Below are positions 51,710 to 64,000 of a stretch of DNA of 64,000 bases, in pieces. Numbering within the stretch: position 1 is the stretch's first letter; every line of letters begins with the position of its first letter. The position numbers and the translations under genes were made by a program. Source of the DNA: Octopus sinensis (lineage: Eukaryota); NCBI RefSeq assembly GCF_006345805.1, contig NC_043011.1, positions 12,660,464-12,724,463 on the forward strand. Reading direction: 5' to 3'. The notes below the pieces were generated by a model. It was not told the DNA's origin. It did not search any database and worked only from the letters and a program-made list of their open reading frames with translations.

Positions 51710-52106
51710 GGATCTTTTCGGTTTGAACGGCAGTTTTTTAAAATAATTTCCACGTAACTAAACACTTTTAAACTTCATATACTGGTAGAATGTGTTTATA
51801 AAACATCTTTTTCTCTTGGCTTTATTGAGAAAATTCTATAGTTTGTAAGATATTTGTTGTTTTTTTCTTCAATATCTGCAATTCCAACCAATCAATGACG
51901 TCTATTGAGGTGAAAACATTCTGTGCCATATGAATATGTCCCTTGTTTAAGAAACAGATTGGGTTTATTTACATTTCTGAAGAAAAAAGAAGATACCCTT
52001 CCCCCCACCCCTAAACCTAACTAACCCTAACCCTAAGACCATAATTATGGGTGACAATTTCATATGACACTGCTAGAAAAAACTGCCATTCAAACTGAAA
52101 AGATCC
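51710..52106. mobile_element. GGATC-ended MITE (same family as 40481-40897)
   Basis: Same TIRs; 8-bp TSD GAAAAGAG / AAAAAGAG (1 mismatch); CCCTAA repeats inside. Confidence 0.9.
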
Positions 52107-52756
52107 AAAAAGAGAAGAACATCCTATGAATTGACAGTGAGCTACTCAGGAAATACTCTCTTCCTAATAATCTCTCATACAATCCCCAAATATAAAGGAA
52201 TCCTGGATATGAAACACTCAGCATACCAAAAAAAAAGCAAATAATTATGCATGGGTGTGATTCACAAAGACTTGAAGATAATATTGACAAGGAAGTGTAA
52301 CCTTTCTTGAATTTGTGGCTGTTACACCACATCATACTTCAAAGCATTTACAATCCAAGGACAGGAGATTGCTATTAAATGCTTAATAAACAAGAAACAC
52401 TTGAGTCCAGGTAGCCCCAAGGTGCAACCAGAAATGTAGGTTATGCCACATTCCTATGGTAGTTATCACTCATATGATAAACAACTGCCTGAAAATATCA
52501 CACCCAATGCAGTATGATATCACTCAAGGAATATTCAATACCCTTCTGAAAAAAGAATCTCCCTCCTTTTGACTACATTAAACATCAACATGGTGGAATA
52601 TTTCTATCAAAGCTTCTACCAAATGCAAATACGATAAGCTGGATATAGTTATTTGGGAAAGACAAGGATATATATATGGTCTCTGTGAAGGGAAATGCAT
52701 TTGCTGATATAAATATCTCAACAAAAATCCAACGGAAAGAGGATAACTTTGAACAG

Positions 52757-53155
52757 TGTGGTAAGTAGCTTGCTTACCGACCACATGGTTCAGTGTTCAG
52801 TCCCACTATGTGGCACCTTGGGCAAGTGTCTTCTACTATAGCCTCGGGCCGACCAAAGCCTTGTGAGTGAATTTGGTAGACGGAAACTGGAAGAAGCCCG
52901 TTGTGTATATATGTATATATATGTATGTATGTGTGTGTGTGTGTTTGTGTGTCTGTGTTTGTCCTCCCAACGTCGCTTGACAACCGATGCTGGTGTGTTT
53001 ACGTCCCCTGTAACTTAGCGGTTCGGCAAAAGAGACTGATAGAATAAGTACTAGGCTTGCAAAGAATAAGTCCTGGGGTCGATTTGCTCGATTAAAGGTG
53101 ATGCTCCAGCATGGCTACAGTCAAATGACTGAAACAAGTAAAAGAATAAAAGAGT
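52757..53155 (+). mobile_element. SINE family A
   Basis: Near-full-length copy. Confidence 0.92.
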
Positions 53156-53499
53156 AACTATTTTGAAACCTTCAGATTCTATACGCAGATTATAAATTTA
53201 CACTAATACTAATAATAATTGGCGCACTTGGTTTTCTTAGCAAATGCCTGAGGGACAATCTGGAAAAGTTAGAGATTTCAGATAAAGAAATCAATCAGCT
53301 AATACACACATTACAAATACAATTTGTAAGCAGAAAAATAGAAATATACAAGACTTTTCTTAAGTGCATGTGACATTGGATATTGTTTTTGCTATCTCCA
53401 TTCCAATGATAGAGCTTTGTATCTTTGTAAGAAATTAGCTCCTTCCTTACAGGAAGACTTCAAATGATTAAAAATAGAAGAAAACCTACATACATACAT

Positions 53500-53815
53500 A
53501 CATCATCATCATCATCGTTTAACGTCCGTTTTTCCGTGCTAGCATGGGTTGGATGGTTCGACCGGGGTCTGGGAAGCCAGGAGGCTGCATCAGGCTCCAG
53601 TCTGATCTGGCAGTGTTTCTACAGCTAGATGCCCTTCCTAACGCCAACCACTCCATGAGTATAGTGGGTGCTTTTTATGTGCCACCAGCACTGATGCCAG
53701 GACAGGCTGGCAGCGGCCATGATCGGTTGGTGCTATTTACATGCCACCGGTACAGAAGCCAGTCAAGGCAGTGCTGGTTCGGATGGTGCTTTTTATGTGC
53801 CACTGGCACAGGTAT
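53500..53815 (-). mobile_element. RTE-type 3' tail fragment
   Basis: Homologous to 45251-45560. Confidence 0.88.
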
Positions 53816-55451
53816 CACAACTATACATGCATGCATAATCAAAATCAGTTATGTTGATTGGCATGGTGGAGTAATCATTCTGCTGTTTAATGAACAAGGC
53901 CAGATTAACCTCATGACAAGTATAACATATGCTACAGACACTGCATTTTCAGGGGCCAGGTACCAAATACTTAAACTATCAATTCTGATTCAATGATTCT
54001 GCACATGCTCCATTACTATTGTATAATACCACCCACCCACATTTAATAGATAAATGGGTATTCAAAATATAGCCAAGATCCAATAAACTTTACACTTAAT
54101 TACAATAATCAAAATAAATGGCAATGGTAAATGGGCAGGCCTGCTTCATTTTGGATGGATGCTAATTAATAGATTTGCCATGATATTTCTATCTCTCTCA
54201 ATACATTAAACTTGTCATGCAATAATTGAGGTTAATTATTTTTTCTCATAAATAGGATCGGTAAATTGAATCAGATTATTACTAATATATTATAGATTCT
54301 GAAATGCTAACCAGCCTCATTAAATTAAATTGGAATTTTACATTTTATTTTGTAGAATTTCTCTTTTAATCAAACTAAGCTATAGTGCAAATAACAAGTT
54401 TGATTCAACATAACCAGAGTTTCAATGTCAGTAGACAAAAACAAATTTACATAATATTAAGGTTGTATATTAGGAGAGAATATTTATCTTGTATATCTTA
54501 GCTGAAGTAACAATGCTCTGTATTAGTCACCTCATGTAATATTATGCTTAATATAAGCTTCTTCTCTCAAATGGGCTTGTGACATTTCTCAATTCAGAAA
54601 GTTCAACAGGCAAAGGTTATTTATGTCAATATAGAAAAAAGAAATGGCTGGTAAGGATTGATCGTAAGTTTTATAAGAGGGGTGTTTGTGGTTGCTTCTA
54701 GGTGGTTATTACTTAAAGCCATTCCACCTGGATCTTTGAGGAGTAGGAGTCTTTGGATTTCCTGAGGACAAAATTTATGATGAGGGAGGAAACACAAACA
54801 TAATTTTACCAGGTTTAAGTCATCACCCTCCAGAATTAAACTTCTAAATATTTCAGAGATATTGGCTAAAAGGAAAGCTTTAGGTAAAATAATAAATCAT
54901 GAAATCTATGTATTTGTTTCATTTAGCTTTTCCCAATATGCACCAGTTGATCTAGAATCATTGATTCTTCAAATATGCAGTTCAATCCATAAGAATAAAT
55001 AAATATTCCTCATGAACTTCCTTCTAATAATGGTGCCAAATAAGTTTTTGTAGTATTACAGTTTTTTGCTAACTAACAATTCTTTGGCGTTTTATTTTTC
55101 AAATGTAAACACTTTTGTCATTCATAATTACCAACTGTCATAGAAAATATTCGCTTTCAAAACTGCAAACATTAAAAAATAAAGTAAGCAACACCATAGG
55201 TTAAATTAAACTTAGCCTGAAATTTTATACAAAAATAGATATTTCCAGTATCATAAAAAGAAGACTTGTTCGTCTTAAATCTAGAAAAATGCAACTTTTA
55301 AATTGTAGATTATTATACAAGTAAAATATTGTTTTAATATTGATGCATGTTTTTAATTTCAAGTATTTTTGTAATATGTTACCATAATCTGACCCAGACA
55401 CTGAATGCTGTTCCCTAAATTTTTTTCTATTAATACAATATAAAAATATAG

Positions 55452-56500
55452 GCTGGGCAATGTTCAAATAGCTTCTACCTCTGTTGGTAACAAAGGGTCT
55501 TCTCCTCAGAATGAAATGCAGAGTGCATATTGCTTGTGTGCAAACAGCCATGCTCCACAGCAGTGAAATGTGGGCTGTGGCTGCAAAGGAGATGTGATGG
55601 CTTGAAAGAAATGAAGCTAGTATGCTTTGCTGAATGTGCAATGTCAGTGAGCTTAGAGAAAAACTGAGCATCAGATGTAATGTGCTGGTATGGTCATGTG
55701 ATGCATTTGGATGAGGACAGTTGCATAAAAATGTGCTGTGTTGGGAACCTGTGGAAGAAGCAAACCCAGGAAGTCATGGGTTGAGGTGATAAAATATGAT
55801 CTTTGAAAATTGAGCTACACAGAGAGGATGACTAGTACCTGGGACCTTTGGAAATACACTGTACTTGAGAACTCATCAAGCCAAGTGACATTGTAGCCAT
55901 GGCCGTTGCTAGTGTCATTTAAACGGCACCCATGAAATCATAACCATGGCCGTTGGCAATATGCTGTGCTTGGGAAGAATCACCAAGCCAAGTGAAATCA
56001 CAGTACTGGCCATTGCCAATGCCAAGTAAAGTAAATGGTAGCCATGGAATCATAGGTGTGGTCATTGTTGGTGTCATGTAAATGGTACCCATGCTGGTGG
56101 CACGTAAAAAGCATTTGTTACACTCTTGAGTAGTTGGCATTAGAAAGGGCATCCAGCCATATAAACCATGCCAAATCAGCCTGGGGCCTGGTGCAGCTCT
56201 CTGGCTTGTCCAGTTTGCTGGACATTGTTGTAGAGCTGAAAACGAGGTAATTTCTACTCTTCTCCTCTGGAAGCCATCTATTCGCAATACCAGAGGGCGC
56301 ACACTCTCCTACCCTGATGTAATCTCCAGGGATACAGGCATCCAGCAACAGGACCTCTGTAATGCTATGATGGACCATGAAGTCTGGCGTTGCATAGTAA
56401 ATTCCATTGTCTCAACCACGGTCGAACAATGATGATGATGACCAGTTCCAGTCAAACCATCTAACCCATGCCAGCATTGAAAGCAGATATTAAATGATGA
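55452..56500 (+). mobile_element. Older degenerate RTE 3' fragment
   Basis: Decayed LPLLVTKGL, AMLHSSEMW, WYGHV and GKPRKSW followed by the family 3' UTR; split by a nested LINE. Confidence 0.8.
56210..56441 (+). mobile_element. LINE family 2, 3' end nested in the RTE tail
   Basis: CCAGTT repeated at 56210-56215 and 56442-56447; (GAT)n tail. Confidence 0.82.
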
Positions 56501-57274
56501 TGTTGACGATGAAATATGTAACTGATTATCTTCTCTGGATAAATACAAGGAAATGCCTGTTTGCAGAAGTTTGTAGCAATAATCAAATGGTGAAATTAGA
56601 CTGGAATTTTCTGCATATGCCATGGTTTGACAGTTTAAATATTACTAAGAATATTGCTAGTAATGGAAGTACCGAGAAAAATTTCCAGAGATTTTGAATT
56701 GAATGAATCAAGGCCTGTATCAATGCTTTGTAACAGGTTAGAGAAGATCCCTCAATCAGTTATGTGAAGGAAGTGAAAGGCTCATGAGAGGTAAAATATG
56801 CCAACTACTTATAATTCAGTGCAATGCAGCTGTGCCATCAAGTTACATTAAGAGGAAATAGGCTACTCTATCTAGCAAAATTGATAAATATTGACTGGCC
56901 AATAATGAACAATAAATAACAATATAAACAGCCCAATAGATTTTACCTTCGAGAAATTGTTAAATCTATGAAACCGCAACCAAAACAAAAGTGATTGTGA
57001 CATGCAAACTGCTGCCATGACAACAACATGTAGTTGCCATTTATAAACAAACAGAAATAAATACGGGAGGCAAACATCAAAACACAACACACAGCATGAT
57101 TTAAGGATAATTTTCCTGTTGATATCAATCAGCCACTAAAAGAAAAAAATGATTACGACATGAGTTGACAGAAAACCTGTCCTGGTTTAATTAAGTTGAT
57201 CAATGATTGATCGACTAAAAAATATCTTGCATAAACTGAAACTTCCAGTTTTGAGACACTGGGTATCTTACTCT

Positions 57275-57770
57275 GTTGAGTTACATCATCATCATCATCA
57301 TTGTTCAACCGTGGTCGAGACAATGGAATTTACCATGCTACGCCAGACTTCACGGTCCATCATAGCATTACGGAGGTCCTGTTGCTGGATGCCTGTATCC
57401 CTGGAGATTACATCAGGGTGGGAGAGTGTGCGCCCTCTGGTATCGTGAGTAGATGGCTTCCAGAGGAGAAGAGTAGAAATTGCTTCGTTTTCCGCTCTAC
57501 AACAATGTCCAGCAAACTGGACTCTCCTACCTTTCACAAGAGATGATACAGGTGGTAGTTTCCCATATATTTGTAAACAAGTGCCTGTCCAACAGTGATT
57601 TCATCATCCATACTCTCAACAATGCGCCCTTAAATATGGTTTCTGATTACAAATATCTTGGGTCATACATATCATCATCTGGAAAAGATTTTCTAACTAG
57701 AAAGGGTATGGCCTGGTCAGCCTGTAATGATATCCATAAGATCTGGTCATCAAATCTAAGTTGAGTTACA
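57275..57770 (-). mobile_element. 5'-inverted LINE family 2 insertion with TSD
   Basis: TSD GTTGAGTTACA at 57275-57285 and 57760-57770. Minus-strand 3' end to about 57570 (IYGKLPPVSSLVKGRRVQFAGH) is joined to a plus-strand upstream segment (DYKYLGSYISSSGKDF...AWSACN). Confidence 0.88.
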
Positions 57771-57929
57771 GTTGCCATATGCAGAGTACCACACACAACC
57801 AAAGTGGATGGCATCTCTCAATAAAACAATTATTAGTTTATTGAATAACATTGGGCAATTAAATACAATTATTAAATGCAAAGTGAATCATGAATTCACA
57901 AATCACCAGCTACAGCTTTATGATTTCGA

Positions 57930-58422
57930 TGACTGGCATCCATGCTAGCGGGGTGCAAAGAGCACCATATGAGTGTGATCATTGACAGAGCAGCTATTCG
58001 AGTATGATCATTACCAGCGTCGCCTTACTGGCTCTTATGCCTGTGCTAGTAGGGTGCCAAGAGCACCATCCGAGTGTGATTGTTGCCAGAGCAGCCGACT
58101 GGCTTCCGTACCCGTGGCATGTAAAAGGGTACCATTCGAGCGTGATCGTTACCAACGTCGCTTCACTGGGACCTGTGCTGGTGGCACGTGTAAAAAGATT
58201 TGAGCACGGTCATTGCCAGTGCCGCCTGACTGGCCCCTGTGCCGGTGGCACGTAAAAAGCATCCACTACACTCTAGGAGTGATTGGCATTAGGAAGGGCA
58301 CCCAGCTGTAGAACTCTGCCAAATCCTGATTGGAGCCTGGTGCAGCCATCTGGCTCGCCAGCCCTCAGTCAAAATTGTCTAACCCATGCTAGCATGGAAA
58401 GTGGACGATGATAATGATGATA
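57930..58422 (+). mobile_element. RTE-type 3' UTR with about 60-bp tandem subrepeats
   Basis: Repeated GAG(T/C)(G/A)TGAT(C/T)(A/G)TT..CA units followed by the family tail. Confidence 0.82.
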
Positions 58423-59194
58423 ATGTTTAAACCCCACAGGTACAGTTGACTTGAGACATGCATAGGTAAACGAAATACGTACCTATAAACAACAACTATG
58501 AGTAAGTCAAATTTTTTCTAGGAAATCACAAGAACATAGAATTAAACTGTAACATTTGAATTAAACCTAGAAACTATGGACCACATCTTGAAAGGCCATA
58601 TCATCAAGCTTCTTTCTAAATGATCATCACTGAAAGGATCTGAAAACACTCGGGAATGTGAAAAAGCAACAGAGTGTAAATGTTTCTCCTAATACATCTC
58701 CAATGAAACCCTGTAAACAGCTGTCGCAAAACTACTGAATGGAAAATCACCTTGGAGAGACCTGATAGTCAAATAATTGGTGTATAAAGCTCATGTTTTA
58801 CAGGAAAGCTCTGATTAACCTGTTAAAAAAACAATAGCTACTTAACTTGATGTGTCGAGTCAGATTGGGTAACATTTGAACAGACAGCACTTGTGCGTAT
58901 AAATTAAGAAACACATGGAATATATAAAAAAAAAACACAGGTCAACAGCACGTTTAAATGTTATGTTATAAACTGTTCAGAAGTTGTGTGAATGTGTTTC
59001 TCCAAGGTCACTCTAAAACAAATGTTGTGGCTGATGATCAGGCAAGGAGAAAGAAAAACTCAGGAGTTATGCCAAAGGAGCTCCTCATCAACAAAGCTTC
59101 CTCTAAGGAAATACTACAACTTTGCTGAAGCCTGTTGACAGCAGCCATACACTATGTACATAAATAAATGTAATAGATACACTACATACATATA

Positions 59195-59420
59195 TAGCCA
59201 TCCATCCATCCATCCATCCATCCATCCATCCATCCATGCATGCATGCATGCATGCATACATACATACATATATACATACATACATATACATCCATCCATC
59301 CATACATATATACATGCATACATACATATATACATATATATCCCTCCATCCATCCATCCATACATATATACATGCATACATACATATATACATATATATC
59401 CCTCCATCCATCCATCCATC

Positions 59421-59452
<32 letters not shown>

Positions 59453-59746
59453 CATACATACATATACATCCATCCATCCATACATACATACATATATACA
59501 TATATCCATCCATCCATCCATCCATACATACATGCATACATACATACATACATACATATATACATACATATATACATATATCCATCCATCCATCCATCCA
59601 TACATACATATATACATATATCCATCCATCCATCCATCCATACATACATGCATACATACATCCATCCATCCATACATACATACATATATACATATATCCA
59701 TCCATCCATCCATCCATACATACATGCATACATACATACATACATA
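59195..59746. repeat. Compound (CATC)n/(CATA)n microsatellite
   Basis: Direct observation. Confidence 0.97.
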
Positions 59747-60457
59747 GCTAAAAACATGCAAGTTTCTGTTGTCCCAATTGTGCTAGTAGCCACAGTAAAC
59801 TGTGGAGTTATTACAGTAACAAAGAGTTATGACAACACATGTACAATCTGAACCTAAACATTGGGTGTTGGGGTACATGTTATAGAAGGGCTGAAACAAC
59901 TGTGGTATATCAAACAACCACAACTAAATTTAAGTCCAAAAAACTTTATGATTTGGCTAAATGAATTATCAGATAACTAATTTCTGGACGAAAGCATACC
60001 AACAAAGATGTAACCAAACTATCAAATAGTGATACATGCTACAATGACAAATTCAGAACCAATAACAATAGAGTCTGGCTGGAGTCATATCCCTGAATAC
60101 ACTGTTGAAAACTAATCCGTATTCAGACTAATCCATAGAAGACTAAACAGATAAATCCTGGACTGTCTTTAACACCCCAAAAATGAGTTGGGATATGCTG
60201 TAACAAGCACTAAACAGCCACTTCAAAGATGGACCATTCAAATGTAAGAAAATCCTCTCAGCTTAAACTGGATTTAGTAGATGAAATAGCAGGAGATTAA
60301 CTAAATGATGTCCAGTCAAGGGGTATTAAAAAGCATGAGGCTGTAAATCTGTTGGTATATGTGTCAGCAACTACAATGCTAACTCATTGGAAGGGTCTGA
60401 AGCTGTATAATCATGATACAAGCAGATGTCTTGTTCAAGATTGGACCCATAGCTTAA

Positions 60458-60704
60458 CCCTTTCATTACCAACCCGGCTGAAACCAGCTCTGGCTCTATA
60501 ATACAAATGTCTTGTTTTCATAAGTTTTGAATTAAAATCTTCCACCATCTTCCTTCCATCTTAATCACAATTTATGTTCCTAACACTAGCTTAATGATAA
60601 CTAAGTTATTTCACTAAATTCTTTGTTATATTTTACTAAATTCTTTGTTATAAGTAATTGAAAGAAACACAGAACATCTCAAAATAAATACGGTAACGAA
60701 AGGG
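60458..60704. mobile_element. piggyBac-type MITE (second subfamily)
   Basis: TTAA|CCCTTTCATTACC...GGTAACGAAAGGG|TTAA (13-bp TIR, 1 mismatch). Confidence 0.88.
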
Positions 60705-61099
60705 TTAAAAAGTAAAATTATATTTCTGTGAAATAGCTTTTCACAAATTCTCATTGTTACAAAATTTAACATAGACGAGCCAGTCATAAAACAGAAAAGT
60801 GTATAAAAGTGTGTAAAACAGAATTTAGCCAAGTAGTTTAGATGCACAAAATTTGAAACTTTAAACTACATCAGCTGAAAAAAGAATTAACCATCAATGT
60901 TTAAATATAAAAATATAAGTCTACATATTACACATACAAAATGTTGAATACATCATTTGTCAGTGAATGTGAACTATAAAATCTCTGTAAAAGACAACTC
61001 ATCAAAAGGACAAGTTGAAAGTTACTGGAAGTCTATTTGTGGTTAAAAAAATAAGTTCAGCAAGTATACAATGTAGATAGAATAACTAGAGCAGAACTG

Positions 61100-62200
61100 C
61101 TATAAATACGTTGAATAAAACAATATTAATTAATAGCACAGGACTGGAAACAATACGAAGGAAAATAACAAACGGCAACTCTTCAGAACCGTATCTCGTA
61201 GCATTGATACAAGATTCTGATTTTTTATTTATAGCATCATAGGGAAAGGATATCAAGAGTGCATTTAATGTACCGAAATGGCTGTTGACTGATATTACTG
61301 TTCTTATTCGAAAAATTTAGCCAAATCACTTAACTCAAACATACTGCCCAATGGTTTGTGAGAACATCATGTGCAAGATAAACACTGGTAACTCAGTCTG
61401 CTTTTTTACAAGACAAATGTGTCATCAACAGTATTATAAGGCCCAAGCAAATTGGGACAAAGAAAGCAGTGTGGGACTATATTTGTTTGTTCCTTCTCGA
61501 GCCATGCCTGGCTCATAAAGGCCGGTTTACCGGTTTCTTGGCGTATAGGTTCCCCAACTGGACGGTACGCCGGTCCGTCGCAGGTGAGCTGCAAGATGCA
61601 GGAGGAAAGAATGAGAGAAAGTTGTGGCGAAAGAGTCAGCAGAAGTTTTGCCATTACCTCCTGCCGGAGCCGTATGAAGCTCATAAACACACACATCGCC
61701 CGGTCTGAGATTCAAACCCGCGATCCCATGACAGTGAGTCTGCTGCTCTAACCACTAGGCCATGTGCCTCCATGGGACTATATAGGATAGCTATATACCA
61801 ATTAAATGATACAACAGGAAGAAACATTCTTTAGAAGACGAGGGACTTAGCTGTGGTATAGCTGGACTACGGGAAAGCATTTGATAGTTTACAATGTGGG
61901 TGGATTATTAAAGAATCACAATTAGCCAAAATCCTGCAAAATTTGGTTTAATGATTTACTTCTCAAAGGTGGCAACAAACAAATCAAAGATGATGCTATA
62001 TATTAATAATAAAGCAGTCAGCAAGATGATGGCTTGTCACAATGCTTTTGTATCTTTTTATTAAATTCCTTATCACAAAATGTAGTAAGTCAGGAATGGA
62101 TCTAAAAATATTTTTCATTATTTCTTTGTAGACAACTTGCAGCTGCTTTGGGCCAAATATCAGCCATATCAAAAAGTAATTGTATCTTATTATCCAATAT
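61100..62200 (+). pseudogene. Second R4/Dong-like RT remnant
   Basis: LDYGKAFDSLQCGWII, QDDGLSQCF (QGDxLS-like) and an upstream T-x-L-x-x-K segment. Interrupted by SINE C. Confidence 0.6.
61483..61772 (-). mobile_element. SINE family C
   Basis: 11-bp TSD TGGGACTATAT at 61472-61482 and 61773-61783. Confidence 0.92.
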
Positions 62201-62228
62201 TATAGGAGACTGGAATAAAATTTGAGGA

Positions 62229-62416
62229 AGGCGCAGGGGTGGCTGTGCGGTAAGTAGCTTGCTTGCCAACCACATGGTTCTGGGTTCAATCCCACTGCGT
62301 GGCACCTTGGGAAAGTGTCTTCTACTATAGCCTCGGGCTGACCAAAGCCTTGTGAGTAGATTTGGTAGACAGAAACTGAAAGAAGCCTGTTGTATATATG
62401 TATATATATATATATA
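62229..62416 (+). mobile_element. SINE family A, 5' half
   Basis: Stops at the internal TA microsatellite. Confidence 0.88.
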
Positions 62417-62559
62417 AGTTTAACAATTGAGGATAACCTCTTAATAAGGAATCTTAACAAGAAATTATCGGGTAGTTAGCGTGAAAACCTCATAAAAGAA
62501 AAGAATTCGAAAATAATTTTTTTCCTTTGAACAAATTAATTATATCTATATTGTATAGA

Positions 62560-62754
62560 GGGCATTATTACACATAAATGCCTCACACTAAGAGGGACAA
62601 AGTCATTACTACCAAATATATACCATATATATATACATATATATACATATATATACATATATATACATATATATACATATACATACATATATATATTAGA
62701 CATACATAATATATATACATACCTATATATATATATACATACATATATATATAT

Positions 62755-62802
<48 letters not shown>

Positions 62803-62956
62803 CATATATATATATATACATACATATAATAGATATATATAATATATATATATATACATACATATATATATATATACATATATATATATACATACATATA
62901 TATAAATAAACATTATAATATACATATATATATATACTATACTATATATATACATA

Positions 62957-63029
<73 letters not shown>

Positions 63030-63665
63030 CCTATATATATAATATACATATATTATATATATATACATATATATACAGATATACATATATATATATATTA
63101 CATACATATATATATATACTACATATATATATATATACACATACATATATATATATATATAACATACATACATATATATATTACATACATACATATATAT
63201 ATACATACATTACATATATATATATATACATACATATATATATTATTACATACATATATATATATACATATATATATATAATATACATATATATATTCTA
63301 TACATGTATTATATATATATAATACATATATACATACATATACAATATATATACACATACATATATATATACACATACATATACATATATATACATTCAT
63401 ATACATATATATACATTTACATATTACATCTATATATACATATACATATATATATACATATACATATATATATACATATACATACATATACATATATATA
63501 CATATACATATATATACATATACATATACATATACATATATATGTACATATACATATATATACATATACATATATAATATAAAATATATATATACATATA
63601 TAATATATATATATGTATATATATATAGTGTATTATATATTATATATGTATATATATATAATATG

Positions 63666-63699
<34 letters not shown>

Positions 63700-63804
63700 T
63701 GTTATATATATCTATATGTATATATATATATGTATGTATATATATATATGTATGTATATAATATATGTATATATATATATAATATGTATGTATATATATA
63801 TATG

Positions 63805-63836
<32 letters not shown>

Positions 63837-63961
63837 CATTATTATTATATATATGTATATATATATATATATGTATGTATTATATATATATGTATGTTAT
63901 ATATATATATGTGTATATATTTATATATATATGTATATATATATATATATATGTATATATA

Positions 63962-63992
<31 letters not shown>

Positions 63993-64000
63993 TGTATATA
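62560..64000. repeat. Long compound (TA)n/(CATA)n microsatellite
   Basis: Direct observation; base composition switches from C-rich to G-rich variants near 63600. Confidence 0.97.

Larger units (their letters stand above)
50560..53380 (+). pseudogene. R4/Dong-like (REL-type) non-LTR retrotransposon remnant, interrupted by SINEs and a MITE
   Basis: FFMDDVRSY...TFSANTGMEFGQKK, RIYLRKDEGGRGLRSV, and QKCRLCHIPMVVITHMINNC (CCHC knuckle). Confidence 0.75.

Noticed and set aside
59103-63582. Long ORFs of 90-215 aa rich in Y/I/M/C/H
   Set aside because: These are translations of stop-free microsatellites; the same applies to the ORFs at 44873-45248 and 49973-50372.

Overview
AT-rich, repeat-saturated eukaryotic DNA. 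The repeat families and microsatellite style suggest an octopus or other cephalopod genome (inference, not checked against a database). I could not confidently identify any intact host gene; only a few isolated candidate plus-strand micro-exons. The window is a layered transposon graveyard. It contains a fossil Helitron Rep/helicase (about 2.9-6.0 kb) with nested SINEs and a small non-autonomous Helitron beside it; a mariner carrying an internal inverted duplication; Ty3/Gypsy, pogo, hAT (ZMYM-like and Charlie-like), CR1-like, R4/Dong-like and Penelope-like remnants; and a near-full-length RTE-type LINE (45.25-48.7 kb, minus strand; APE + RT + PHD-type finger, 3 in-frame stops and 1 frameshift). 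There are also four tRNA-derived SINE families (many copies with clear TSDs), piggyBac-type TTAA MITEs, and a GGATC-ended TIR family, partly with 8-bp TSDs and telomere-like repeats. The most notable observations are a minimal hammerhead-ribozyme motif in a short Penelope-like element, a twin-primed 5'-inverted LINE insertion with an 11-bp TSD, two local inverted duplications, and recurrent asymmetric fold-back palindromes. Together these give an unusually high potential for dsRNA formation. All alignments and translations were done by eye; family names are by motif recognition.
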